A stretch of 64,000 bases of DNA from Desulfobacteraceae bacterium UBA2174. GTDB lineage: Bacteria > Desulfobacterota > Desulfobacteria > Desulfobacterales > UBA2174. The translations under genes were made by a program, and so were the position numbers. Positions within the stretch are counted from its first letter, which is position 1; the number at the start of each line of letters is the position of its first letter. A model generated the notes under the pieces. The model saw only the letters and a program-made list of their open reading frames with translations, did no database searches and was not told where the DNA came from. The DNA lies in NCBI GenBank assembly GCA_002327445.1, contig DCWA01000022.1, forward strand, positions 44,540 to 108,539, in the 5' to 3' direction. Of the stretch, positions 34,201 through 42,795 are shown piece after piece.

Positions 34201-35741
34201 CGCATCGTGCCCCAGTCGTTCAGCGTGCAGGCGCACTCGTCGGTGAGGCAGGCCCAATCGGTTTCCTGGCCGATGGCCGGAATGATCGCGTCCACCTCGA
34301 TCTGAAACTCGGAACCCTTGATGGGCACCGGGCGCTGACGGCCGCTCTTGTCCGGGGGACCCAGTTCCATCTTGATGCACTCGATGGCCTTGACCACCCC
34401 GTTTTCGGCGATGACCCGGGTCGGATTGGTCAGGGTCATCAGCTCGATGCCTTCCTCGCGGCACTCCTCGATTTCCTCGGCATTGGCCGGCATCTGTTCC
34501 ACGGCCCGGCGGTAGATGATGAACGGCTTCTTGGATCCGGTGCGCAGGGCCGAGCGGACGCAGTCCATGGCCACGTTGCCGCCGCCGACCACCGCCACCC
34601 GGTCGCCCAGGTGAACGCGGTTGCCCAGGTTGATCTCGCGCAGGAATTCGACCCCGGGGTAGACGCCCTTGTAATCCTCCCCCTCGATGCCCAGGCGCTT
34701 GCACTCCTGGGCGCCGATGCCGATGAAAAACGCCTTGTAGCCCTGCTCGCGCAACTGACCGACGGTGAAATCCTTGCCGATTTCAACACCGGTCTTGAAC
34801 TCGACGCCCAGGTCCTTGATGACCTGGATCTCGGCCTCGGTGACATCCCGGGGCAGGCGGTAGGAGGGAATGCCCACGGTGAGCATGCCGCCAAGCACCG
34901 GCAGCTTTTCAAAGACCGTGACCTGATAGCCTTCGATGGCCAGGAAGTAGGCGCAGGTCAAACCGGCCGGGCCGGCGCCGACGATGGCGATTTTTTCCTC
35001 GCGCCGGGGCTTCTTGACCGGAACGTAGGGGTTGCCGCTGGCCCGGTCCGTGTCGGCCAGGAAGCGGTGGAGGTACATGATCCCCAGAGGGGAGTCCACC
35101 GCGTTGCGGGTGCAGGCGCTCTCGCACGGATGGGTGCAGACCCGTCCGCAAACCCCGGGAAAGGGGTGGTCCTGCTTGAAGAGTTCCAGGGCTTCGCGGT
35201 AACGACCGTCGTTGGTCAGGGCGATGAATCCCTGGACGCTGACATGCGCCGGGCAGGTGGCCCGGCAGGGGGCCGTGCCGCGTTTGGTGATGGCGAAGGC
35301 CCCGGGGATGGCCTGGGCGTAGCGACGGTGGGTCGCCTTGCGTTCGACCAGGCCCATGTCGTATTCGCTGGGCCGCCGGATGGGGCAGACTTCGGCGCAA
35401 TCGCCGCAGCCGGTGCACTTGGCGGGATCGATGAACCGGGGCTGCTTGTGGATCTGGACCTTGAAATGGCCCGCTTCGCCTTCGATGGATTCGACTTGGG
35501 AACAGGTGATCAGTTCGATATTGTTATGCCGGCCGACCTCGACCAGTACAGGGGAGATGATTCACATCGCGCAGTCGTTGGTCGGGAAGGTCTTGTCCAA
35601 CTGGGCCATGACGCCGCCGATGCTGCTCGATTTGTCGAGCAGATAGACGTAGTAGCCCGAGTTGGCCAGATCAAGGGCCGACTGCATCCCGGCGATGCCG
35701 CCGCCGACGACGAGAACCGAACCGATGACATCCTTGGACAT
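31290..35741 (-). CDS. hdrL: Giant HdrA-like flavoprotein (HdrL type) with inserted GltD/NfnB-like NAD(P)H module, selenocysteine-containing (TGA at 35562-35564)
   Basis: ATG 35741 follows AAGGAG. The N-terminus reads [64 protein letters not shown]... and is in frame with track ORF 31290..35357. The TGA replaces the second Cys of the HdrA FPTxDCxxC motif. Total 1483 codons. Confidence 0.85.
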
Positions 35742-36022
35742 GGGAGCACTCCTTAGCGATGAAATGCACGTTGCAGTTTTGTTGAAACATGGCGCCCGGC
35801 TGCGGACCGGGGACGCGAGAACGAAAGACCTACCTAACGGTTGGCGAAAAACTTGTCAATGAAATTCGGCTCTTCGAAAAGCGGGTCATCGGAGGGGGTT
35901 GCAGCGGGGCCGAAGCAAATTTAATATATAATTATAACATTAAGTTATATTGTCAACAAGAGAAAGCCGCCGCCCGCTTGCCACCCCGTTGGGGAAACGG
36001 TTAGGATGACCGGGCGTCGAGG

Positions 36023-36038
36023 CGCAAACGGTGTGCCT
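36023..36038 (-). promoter_or_regulatory. Candidate sigma-54 -24/-12 promoter AGGCAC-ACCGT-TTGCG facing hdrL
   Basis: Minus-strand read with GG-N10-GC spacing correct and 11/12 consensus positions matching. It lies about 280 nt upstream of the hdrL ATG, which implies a long leader. Confidence 0.4.
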
Positions 36039-36073
36039 GCCACAGGGATGATCCACTCCGAAAGGGATGCCTC

Positions 36074-37006
36074 TTGGACGGACAGACACGTCTCATCGTG
36101 ATTTGCGGACCCACCGCCGCCGGCAAGACCGCGGTAGCCATCGAGGTGGCCGAGCAGGTGGACGGGGAAATCGTCAATGCCGACTCGGTGCAGGTCTACC
36201 GGCACCTGGACATCGGCGCGGCCAAGCCTAAGGCGGACGAACAGGCCCGGGTGCGCCATCATCTCATCGATGTCGTTGATCCGGACGCCCCTTTTGACGC
36301 CGCCGCCTTCGCCCGGTTGGGCAGGGCGGCGGTGGCGGACATCGCGTCCCGGGGCAAGGTGCCTATCGTGGCCGGCGGCACCGGTCTGTACATCAAGGCC
36401 CTGCTGGGGGGGCTGGCACGCCGGGCCGCATCGGATCCGGAGGCCAGGGAGCGGCTGCGGCGCGATCTGGAAAAAGAGGGGCCGGAGGCCCTGCATGGCA
36501 GGCTGGCCCGGATCGATCCGGGTACCGCCGCCCGGGTCCATCCTCATGACGCCGTGCGCATCGTGCGCGCCCTGGAGGTTTTCGAGGCCACAGGGAGGCC
36601 CCTCAGTGCCCACCACCGGGACCATCGCTTCGCCGATGCGCCGTACCTCACCTTTAAAATAGGTCTGGCCGTGGAGCGGGATGCCCTCTATGCCCGCATC
36701 GACCGGCGGGTGGAGGCGATGCTGGCCGAAGGCCTGGAGGCCGAGGTCCGGGATTTGCTGGCCCGCGGCTACGGGGAAAATTTGAAGGCGATGCAGTCGT
36801 TGGGCTACCGGCACATGGGCGGCTACATCGCCGGCCGGTTCGGCTACGACGAGGCCGTGGCGACCCTGAAGCGCGATACGCGCCGCTTCGCCAAGCGCCA
36901 ACTCACCTGGTTTCGCGCCGACCGGCAGATTCGCTGGGTCGCGCCGGAGGAGATCTCGGTGCTGCTGCCGGAAATCCAGGCCTTCTTGCAAGACGCGGGG
37001 AAATGA
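36074..37006 (+). CDS. miaA: tRNA dimethylallyltransferase
   Basis: LIVICGPTAAGKTAVAIEVA...IVNADSVQVYRHLDIGAAKP is the canonical MiaA N-terminus. TTG start. Confidence 0.92.
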   Translation: MDGQTRLIVICGPTAAGKTAVAIEVAEQVDGEIVNADSVQVYRHLDIGAAKPKADEQARVRHHLIDVVDPDAPFDAAAFARLGRAAVADIASRGKVPIVAGGTGLYIKALLGGLARRAASDPEARERLRRDLEKEGPEALHGRLARIDPGTAARVHPHDAVRIVRALEVFEATGRPLSAHHRDHRFADAPYLTFKIGLAVERDALYARIDRRVEAMLAEGLEAEVRDLLARGYGENLKAMQSLGYRHMGGYIAGRFGYDEAVATLKRDTRRFAKRQLTWFRADRQIRWVAPEEISVLLPEIQAFLQDAGK

Positions 37007-37027
37007 CACCGAATTTTTGATTCGGAC

Positions 37028-37063
37028 CCAGTCAGTCCAGTCAGACCAGTCGGACGGGTCCGA
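37028..37063. repeat. 4 x 9-bp tandem repeat CCAGTCAGT-like
   Basis: CCAGTCAGT CCAGTCAGA CCAGTCGGA CGGGTCCGA, between convergent miaA and the REC-PPDK_N gene. A CCGAAT/ATTCGG hairpin precedes it at 37008-37024. Confidence 0.85.
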
Positions 37064-37084
37064 CGGCTTCCTCGTGCCATCCCT

Positions 37085-40054
37085 TCACTCGAAGATCATC
37101 ACCGCCCGCGATGTTTTCCCGTCGATCTTGATCGTCAGTGGCTGTTCCAGTCTCAGGTGGCGCAGGAATCGGGTTTGAGTGAAAGCGGGCATCTGTTCCA
37201 GCCGATGCCAGTCGATGAATCCCTGGTCGTCGGCCACGGTGACGTACCCGATGCCCAGGGACGTGATGTTGTGAAAGAAGTGCGATCCCTGGGACGGATC
37301 GGCTTTCAGGGCCTCGAAGCTGGTTTCCACAATGGCGGCGACCCCCGAGATCTGCCGCCAGTCCACCGGGATGCCCAGCCAGCGATCGGCCGTTCCCCAG
37401 CGGCCGGGGCCGATGAGCAGATAAGGGCGGTCTTCGGCGGTCAGACGGCCGTTGATGCGGCCGATATCGGCCGCGATGTCCACCGTTCGGGCCGGATCGA
37501 AGGTGTCCGGGCGCACGTAGACGATATCCGCGATATTGGAAAATACCCCGTTTCCCAAAGCCTGGTCGGATCGGCAAAAGGCGAGGCGCAGGTCCTCGGC
37601 GCTGATGCGCACATCCTGGAGCAGGGGGCCGGCGGCCCCCATGGGGCGGATTTGGAGCAGCCAGAATTCGAACTCGGTCCGCCCCGGGTCCGGCAGGTTG
37701 ACGGCAAACTCGATTTCCACCGGGCCGCCCATGCCCTCCCGGCCGATGTCGAGGATGTCGCCGATCAGCGCCGGCAGCGGAATGGCGCCGTACTTGAGAA
37801 TCCGCGCGAAGGTGAGCACCGGGAAACCCTCGGGGCAGGGCCAGGTGTCCCGGATACGGTGGTCGGCCGGCACGTAGCAGCTCGAAAAGTAGGCCACCGA
37901 CGGGTGGTCCGTGGATGCCTCCACCTCCAGGCGGACGAGGGTTTTCTCGTCGCTGAACAGCCCCTCGGGGCAAACATCCATGCGAAGGGCGAAGAATTCC
38001 CGCTGACAATGGTGCAGCATGTCATCGACGGTGGAAAACTGGGGCAGGTGACCGGGGTGAGGGGGGGCGAAGCGCACCGATTTGCCCCCTTCCACCACGG
38101 TCTTGCCAAGGCCGAGGGCGACGGCGGCGATACCGTCCTCGGCGGCCATGGGGCTGATGGGATAGTAGTTGACCGAACGGGCCACCCCGGCCAGGGCGGG
38201 GTAATAGACGTCACCGTGACGTCGGCCCACCAGGGGCTGGAGAATCACGGCCATCCGCTCATCTTCGATGCGGTGCATGGTGCCCCGGGCATACGCCCGC
38301 GCCACGCTCATGAAGGTCGATGCGTAGACCTGGCGCACCGCTTGCCCCAGACGGTGTTGGCGCCGGTCGGCGTCGGGGTCGGCGTTGGGCAGCATGAAGG
38401 TGCGATAGATGCCGGCATAGGGCTGGAAACGGGCATCCTCCAGCAGGCTCGAGGAGCGCACGGCCACCGGCCCGTGGACATGCCGCGCGAACGCGGCCAA
38501 GGCTTCCTCCACCCACCGGGGCAGCTTCGCCTGGTCGAAGCGGGCGGCGATCTCCGCGTCGCCGAGCCGGCCGTCGATGGCATCCCTGAGATCGTTCGCC
38601 GCCATGAAGGCGTCGAATCCGTCGGTGGCGATGACCATCGCCGGGGGCACACCGACGGAGATCCGGGGGTAGCGGCCATGCAGGCCGGGCAGGAAGCGGC
38701 GCAGGCGGGAAAAGATGAAGGCAAGACCACGGGCCTTGCCGCCCAGGGAACCCTTTCCCACCTTGACCAGGTCGGCGTCCGGGTCATAGCCGCCGGGCCC
38801 CGGCTCGCTGATCACCCCGCGGCGCTGCCCCCGTCGGCGTTGGCGGATGCAGTCCACCAGGTACTGCTTCAGTTCGGCGATGCTGGTAAAATCCTCGACC
38901 AGCATCGGCTTGAGACGCATGGCGAGCTGGATTTCACTGCGGGCCATCAGCCAACTGGAAAAATCGTTGCGCAGGGCGTGGGACCGCACCACCGCGTCGG
39001 GTATCGACGGGAGGAGCCGCTCCATCTGCCGCAGGTTTTCGACCCGCCCGATTTCCATGCCTTCCGCATCGCGGAACACGAAGGAACCAAACCCGCAGTA
39101 ACGCACGAAGAATTCGCGGATTTCACCCAGAAGATTCGGTGAGTTCTTGTTGACAAACACCGCTCCGAGAGCTTCGGCGGCCTCCCGGTGTTGCGGTTCG
39201 CTGCTGAAGTTGAGCAGCGGCAGGCCCGGGTGCTCGGCGTGAATGTGCTGCAGCAGACGGATGCCGGCCTGGGGGTCGTCGCGGCCCTGGCGGGGAAAAC
39301 GCACGTCGCAGAGGATGCACAGCAGGTAGGGCCGGAAATGCTGCCAGAGCGCTTCGGCCGCCTCGTAGGTGGCGGCGGTGACGATCTTGGGACGGGCCCG
39401 CATCCGGAAGAGGCGGTGTTCGTCGTTGAAGGACTCCTCCATCACCCGTTGGGTCTGCATCACGATTTCCTTGTAGAGCATGGGCAGCAGGGAGGAGAGG
39501 TAGAGGGGCGAGTCTTCCACCAGAATGATCACCCGCACCAGGGCGCGCCGGGTGTCGGCGTCGATGTTCCATCGGTCCTCGACGCTTTTCACCAGGGCCA
39601 GCAGCAAGTCCGAGTTGCCAAGCCAAACGAAGTGCCGGTCGATGGCGGAAGCATCGATGGAATCGGGTGGGTCGCGGAGCTGTGCGGCGCTGTGGGTCAG
39701 CATGAAGACCGGCAGATCCGGCTGCCGCAGCTTGGCGGCCCGGCCCAGGGTGTAGGCATCCATGTCGTTGAGGCGCGGCATGGTGATGACCATGTCGAAT
39801 TTCTTTTCGGCCAGGGCCTGGAGGGCCTCGCCGGCGGTGGACACCCAGGTGAGCCTCGGCGGGCGGGAGAGGTTCAACCCCCGGTATTCGAGGATGATGC
39901 GCTCTGCCAGGCGGCCTTCCTCTTCCATGATGAAGGCGTCGTAAGGGGAGGAGACCAGCAGGATGTCGGCCACCTTGCGGGCCATCAGTTCGTGAAAGAC
40001 CTTGAAGGAAAGGTCCTCATCGGTGGCGGTTTCCACCGGTGGCAGGTCGGCCAT
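37085..40054 (-). CDS. Two receiver-like domains fused to a PEP/pyruvate-binding (PPDK N-terminal ATP-grasp-type) domain; function unknown
   Basis: 989 aa. The N-terminal CheY-like regions are ILLVSSPYD...FDMVITMP and VIILVEDSPLY...CILCDVRFP. The central part, VGKGSLGGKARGLAF..., resembles the PPDK/PEP synthase nucleotide-binding domain. I could not see a phosphohistidine GGxTSHAA motif. Confidence 0.65.
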   Translation of the reverse strand: MADLPPVETATDEDLSFKVFHELMARKVADILLVSSPYDAFIMEEEGRLAERIILEYRGLNLSRPPRLTWVSTAGEALQALAEKKFDMVITMPRLNDMDAYTLGRAAKLRQPDLPVFMLTHSAAQLRDPPDSIDASAIDRHFVWLGNSDLLLALVKSVEDRWNIDADTRRALVRVIILVEDSPLYLSSLLPMLYKEIVMQTQRVMEESFNDEHRLFRMRARPKIVTAATYEAAEALWQHFRPYLLCILCDVRFPRQGRDDPQAGIRLLQHIHAEHPGLPLLNFSSEPQHREAAEALGAVFVNKNSPNLLGEIREFFVRYCGFGSFVFRDAEGMEIGRVENLRQMERLLPSIPDAVVRSHALRNDFSSWLMARSEIQLAMRLKPMLVEDFTSIAELKQYLVDCIRQRRRGQRRGVISEPGPGGYDPDADLVKVGKGSLGGKARGLAFIFSRLRRFLPGLHGRYPRISVGVPPAMVIATDGFDAFMAANDLRDAIDGRLGDAEIAARFDQAKLPRWVEEALAAFARHVHGPVAVRSSSLLEDARFQPYAGIYRTFMLPNADPDADRRQHRLGQAVRQVYASTFMSVARAYARGTMHRIEDERMAVILQPLVGRRHGDVYYPALAGVARSVNYYPISPMAAEDGIAAVALGLGKTVVEGGKSVRFAPPHPGHLPQFSTVDDMLHHCQREFFALRMDVCPEGLFSDEKTLVRLEVEASTDHPSVAYFSSCYVPADHRIRDTWPCPEGFPVLTFARILKYGAIPLPALIGDILDIGREGMGGPVEIEFAVNLPDPGRTEFEFWLLQIRPMGAAGPLLQDVRISAEDLRLAFCRSDQALGNGVFSNIADIVYVRPDTFDPARTVDIAADIGRINGRLTAEDRPYLLIGPGRWGTADRWLGIPVDWRQISGVAAIVETSFEALKADPSQGSHFFHNITSLGIGYVTVADDQGFIDWHRLEQMPAFTQTRFLRHLRLEQPLTIKIDGKTSRAVMIFE

Positions 40055-40620
40055 GGGATTTCCTTTCGTTTGGCGCCAGGATTTTCCATTTCACTATAGA
40101 TGTTCCGTGAACAAGGCTCAAGCGGTCAGTTGATGCCTTGGTGAGGAGAGCCATGTCCGGAGGAGGAGAATTGAACAGATGCTCGCCTTAATTTTATTAA
40201 CAGAAATATTCATCTTGAAAGAAAATTAAAAAAAAGGTAAATGATGGATTACCTGGTTTCTTGTAAAGTATGTTTTTTCAAACAGTTATACAATATATGG
40301 CGGATATGGCGCTGAGTGCCACAATGGATCCAGATGCTCGCGTCAGACATCCGGCGAAACCGGCATCCTTTCGCATCCCCTTTTTTTGCATCCGGTTCCT
40401 CTCGAGGATGGCGGTGGAGGAGCCCGCGTTGCGGACCCCGAGAAGCCAAAACGGAAGGGGGCGAAAGATCTGATTCGAAGTCGTCCGACGGCTCTGAACT
40501 GCGGCCGCCACGGTGCTCGGCGTGCATCGGTGGCAGGTCGTTTTGCATACGATTGGGCGACACGGGGGAACGGGGGAACAAAGAACAATAAAAAACGAGT
40601 AGAACAAAAGAGGAGACACG

Positions 40621-41995
40621 ATGAAAGCCGCGCTGAAAGTGTTCGGATGGGTGTTGGCGGCCGTTTTCATCGTTGGCATCGGCGGGGGATCGGCGGAAAC
40701 CCTGCAGGATGCCATCGACCATGTGCTCAAGACAAACCCGGAAATTCGGGCGGACGCCTACAATCGGCTCGCCCGGGATCAGGAGGTGAAGAAGGCCGAA
40801 TCCGGCTTCTACCCCAAGGTGGACGTCACCAGCGGATTCGGGGTCACTGAACAGCGAAGTCCTTTTGAGGAGACCTTTTATCCGCGCTCGTCGGTCGTGG
40901 GCCTGCGGCAGAACGTCTGCAGCTTCGGCGTGACGACCAACGAGGTGCTGCGGCAGAAGGCCCGCGTCAAGTCCCGAGCCTACCTGATTCAGGCCAATTC
41001 GGAGCAGCTCTCCCTGCGCACCGCCAGAGCGTATCTCAATGTTCTGCGGGCGGAAGAACTTCATGGCCTGGCCAAGGAGAACCTACTCAATCATCAGCGC
41101 ATCTACGATCAGATGAAGCTGCGCAGCGAGTCCGGTGTGGAGCGCAGAGCCGACCTCGATCAGGTGATGGGACGGTTGGCCCTGGCGCAGTCCAACCTGG
41201 TGGTCACCCAGGCCAACCTCGAGGATGCCCGCACCGACTATCTCACCGTGGTTGGCACGGCCCCCGAGGCACTGCTCAAGCCGGACCCGATGGACGCCAA
41301 TTTCCCCAAGGACTTTCCCCAAGGACATGGATGAGGCCGTTTCCTTCGCCATGGAGAACTATCCGCTGGTCAAGTCCGCCAAGGCGGATCTGGAGGCCCG
41401 GGAGTTCCAGTACAAGACGGCCAAGAGCGACGCCTACCCCAAACTGGACGTGACGGCGGACTACCGCTGGGAAAATGACGTCGACCAGGAAGGCTACGCC
41501 GAAGAGTTTACCGCCGCGGCCCCCGTACGGTTCAATATTTTCAACGGCGGCTACGACCGGGCGCGGATCGCGGAGACCCTGCAGCAAATCAAGGAAGCCA
41601 AGGAAATCTACAACAGCACCGAGCGGCAAACGCGCCAGGCGATCCGCCTGTCCCGGGAAGCGTACAAAGCGGCCATCGACCGGACCGCCCACCTCAGGCA
41701 GTATGTGGAAGCGGCGGCCGTTACCTCGGATGCCTTCACCAAGCAATGGATGGTGGGGCGGCGCACCATGTTCGACGTGCTCGACAGCCAGGCCGAATAC
41801 ATCAACGCCAAGGCCGACCTTGTGGGCGCCGTGTATGACAAGTCATACTCCGAATACCGGGTGCTCAGCGCCATGGGGAATTTGGTGCACAGCCTCGGTT
41901 TGCAGTGGCCAGGGGAAAGCAGGGTGGACGTCACCGAAGAAAAGGGAATCGACGTCACGGTTCCCCTTGATCTGACCTACCACACCGCCGAATAA
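40621..41995 (+). pseudogene. lapE: TolC-family type I secretion outer-membrane protein (LapE-like), frame broken by a 13-bp tandem duplication
   Basis: Track ORFs 40621..41334 and 41225..41995 are the two halves. Deleting one 13-bp copy joins ...DANFPKD|MDEAVSFAMENYPLVK into a single 453-codon TolC-like reading frame. Confidence 0.8.
41301..41326 (+). repeat. Exact tandem duplication 2 x TTTCCCCAAGGAC (13 bp)
   Basis: Counted base by base at 41301-41313 and 41314-41326. It creates a stop at 41332-41334. Confidence 0.95.
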
Positions 41996-42047
41996 TCGCC
42001 CATTGGCGCAACGGCGCGTTCCCTTCAAAGTTAGACCGGCGGAGACC

Positions 42048-42779
42048 ATGAAACCGCCTGCAACCGGGGTCCGAACCATCGACGACCGCATCGGTCAAGG
42101 GGGATCCGGGTGCCTGATACGCCGGCGCCCGGCTCCTCTTGTCCTCATCCTCCTGATCTGCCTGGCTTTCGTCGGGCCTGTCGGGACCAGGGAAGCGTTT
42201 CTTCTCAGCCGGGAAGTTCTCAGGATGGCCGAGGTCAAATACGGTTCCGATGCCACCGAGCGTTTCGAGCGGTGGGAGAACCTCATCCGTGATGACGACA
42301 GCGCCCCCGAAAATGAAAAACTGAACCGGGTCAACGCGTTCTTCAACGAAACGGTGCGGTTTGTCGACGATGCCGATCTGTACGGGGTGGGAGATTACTG
42401 GGCCACCCCATTAGAGCTACTGGCCCGGCAGGCAGGGGATTGCGAGGATTTCGCCATCGCCAAGTTTTTCACCCTCAAGGCGCTGGGCGTGGCGGAAAAC
42501 AAACTCAACATCGCCTATGTGAAGGCATTGCGCTTCAACATGATGCACATGGTGGTGACCTACTACAGCCATCCAGGCGCCGAACCGCTGGTCCTCGACA
42601 ACCTCGTGGACGAGATCCACCCCTCCTCCCGGCGTTCCGACCTGATGCCGATCTTCAGCTTCAATGGCACCGGGCTGTGGCTGGCCAAGGAGCGGGGCAA
42701 AGGCAAAAATACCGGCAGCAGCCGCCGCCTGAAGGCCTGGGCGGATTTGCTGCAACGGATGGCGGACAACCCCCTGTAG
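42048..42779 (+). CDS. lapG: LapG-type periplasmic transglutaminase-like cysteine protease (BTLCP)
   Basis: YWATPLELLARQAGDCEDFAIAKFFTLKALGV...MHMVVTYY...VLDNL matches the LapG Cys-His-Asp core. An N-terminal signal-like segment is present; start uncertain. Confidence 0.85.
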   Translation: MKPPATGVRTIDDRIGQGGSGCLIRRRPAPLVLILLICLAFVGPVGTREAFLLSREVLRMAEVKYGSDATERFERWENLIRDDDSAPENEKLNRVNAFFNETVRFVDDADLYGVGDYWATPLELLARQAGDCEDFAIAKFFTLKALGVAENKLNIAYVKALRFNMMHMVVTYYSHPGAEPLVLDNLVDEIHPSSRRSDLMPIFSFNGTGLWLAKERGKGKNTGSSRRLKAWADLLQRMADNPL

Positions 42780-42795
42780 GCGGAGGGAAAGGCTG

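Noticed and set aside
35500-35561. SECIS hairpin for the hdrL UGA.
   Set aside because: Only a weak 5-bp AUCUC/GAGGU pairing could be drawn by hand. It needs a proper SECIS search, so it is not reported as a feature.
35931-35956. Perfect TTGACA and TATAAT hexamers on the minus strand upstream of hdrL.
   Set aside because: The counted spacer is only 14 nt, well below the functional 16-18 range. They lie in an AT-rich block where such hexamers arise by chance.
40270-40473. 67-aa ORF in the long divergent intergenic region.
   Set aside because: It has no RBS and odd composition, and overlapping ORFs occur in all frames. Treated as non-coding leader/promoter DNA.
40531-40547. TGGCAG-GTCGT-TTTGCAT, a sigma-54-like element 75 nt upstream of the TolC-like gene.
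   Set aside because: The GG-to-GC spacing is 11 nt rather than the strictly conserved 10.
40100-40620. c-di-GMP riboswitch (GEMM) in the leader of the Lap secretion genes. Also checked upstream of the adhesin gene (51654-51900).
   Set aside because: I could not find the conserved GGCAAACC / GACGCAAAGCC-type cores or the paired GNRA-receptor hairpins. Only generic hairpins are present (CCGG-CGAAA-CCGG).
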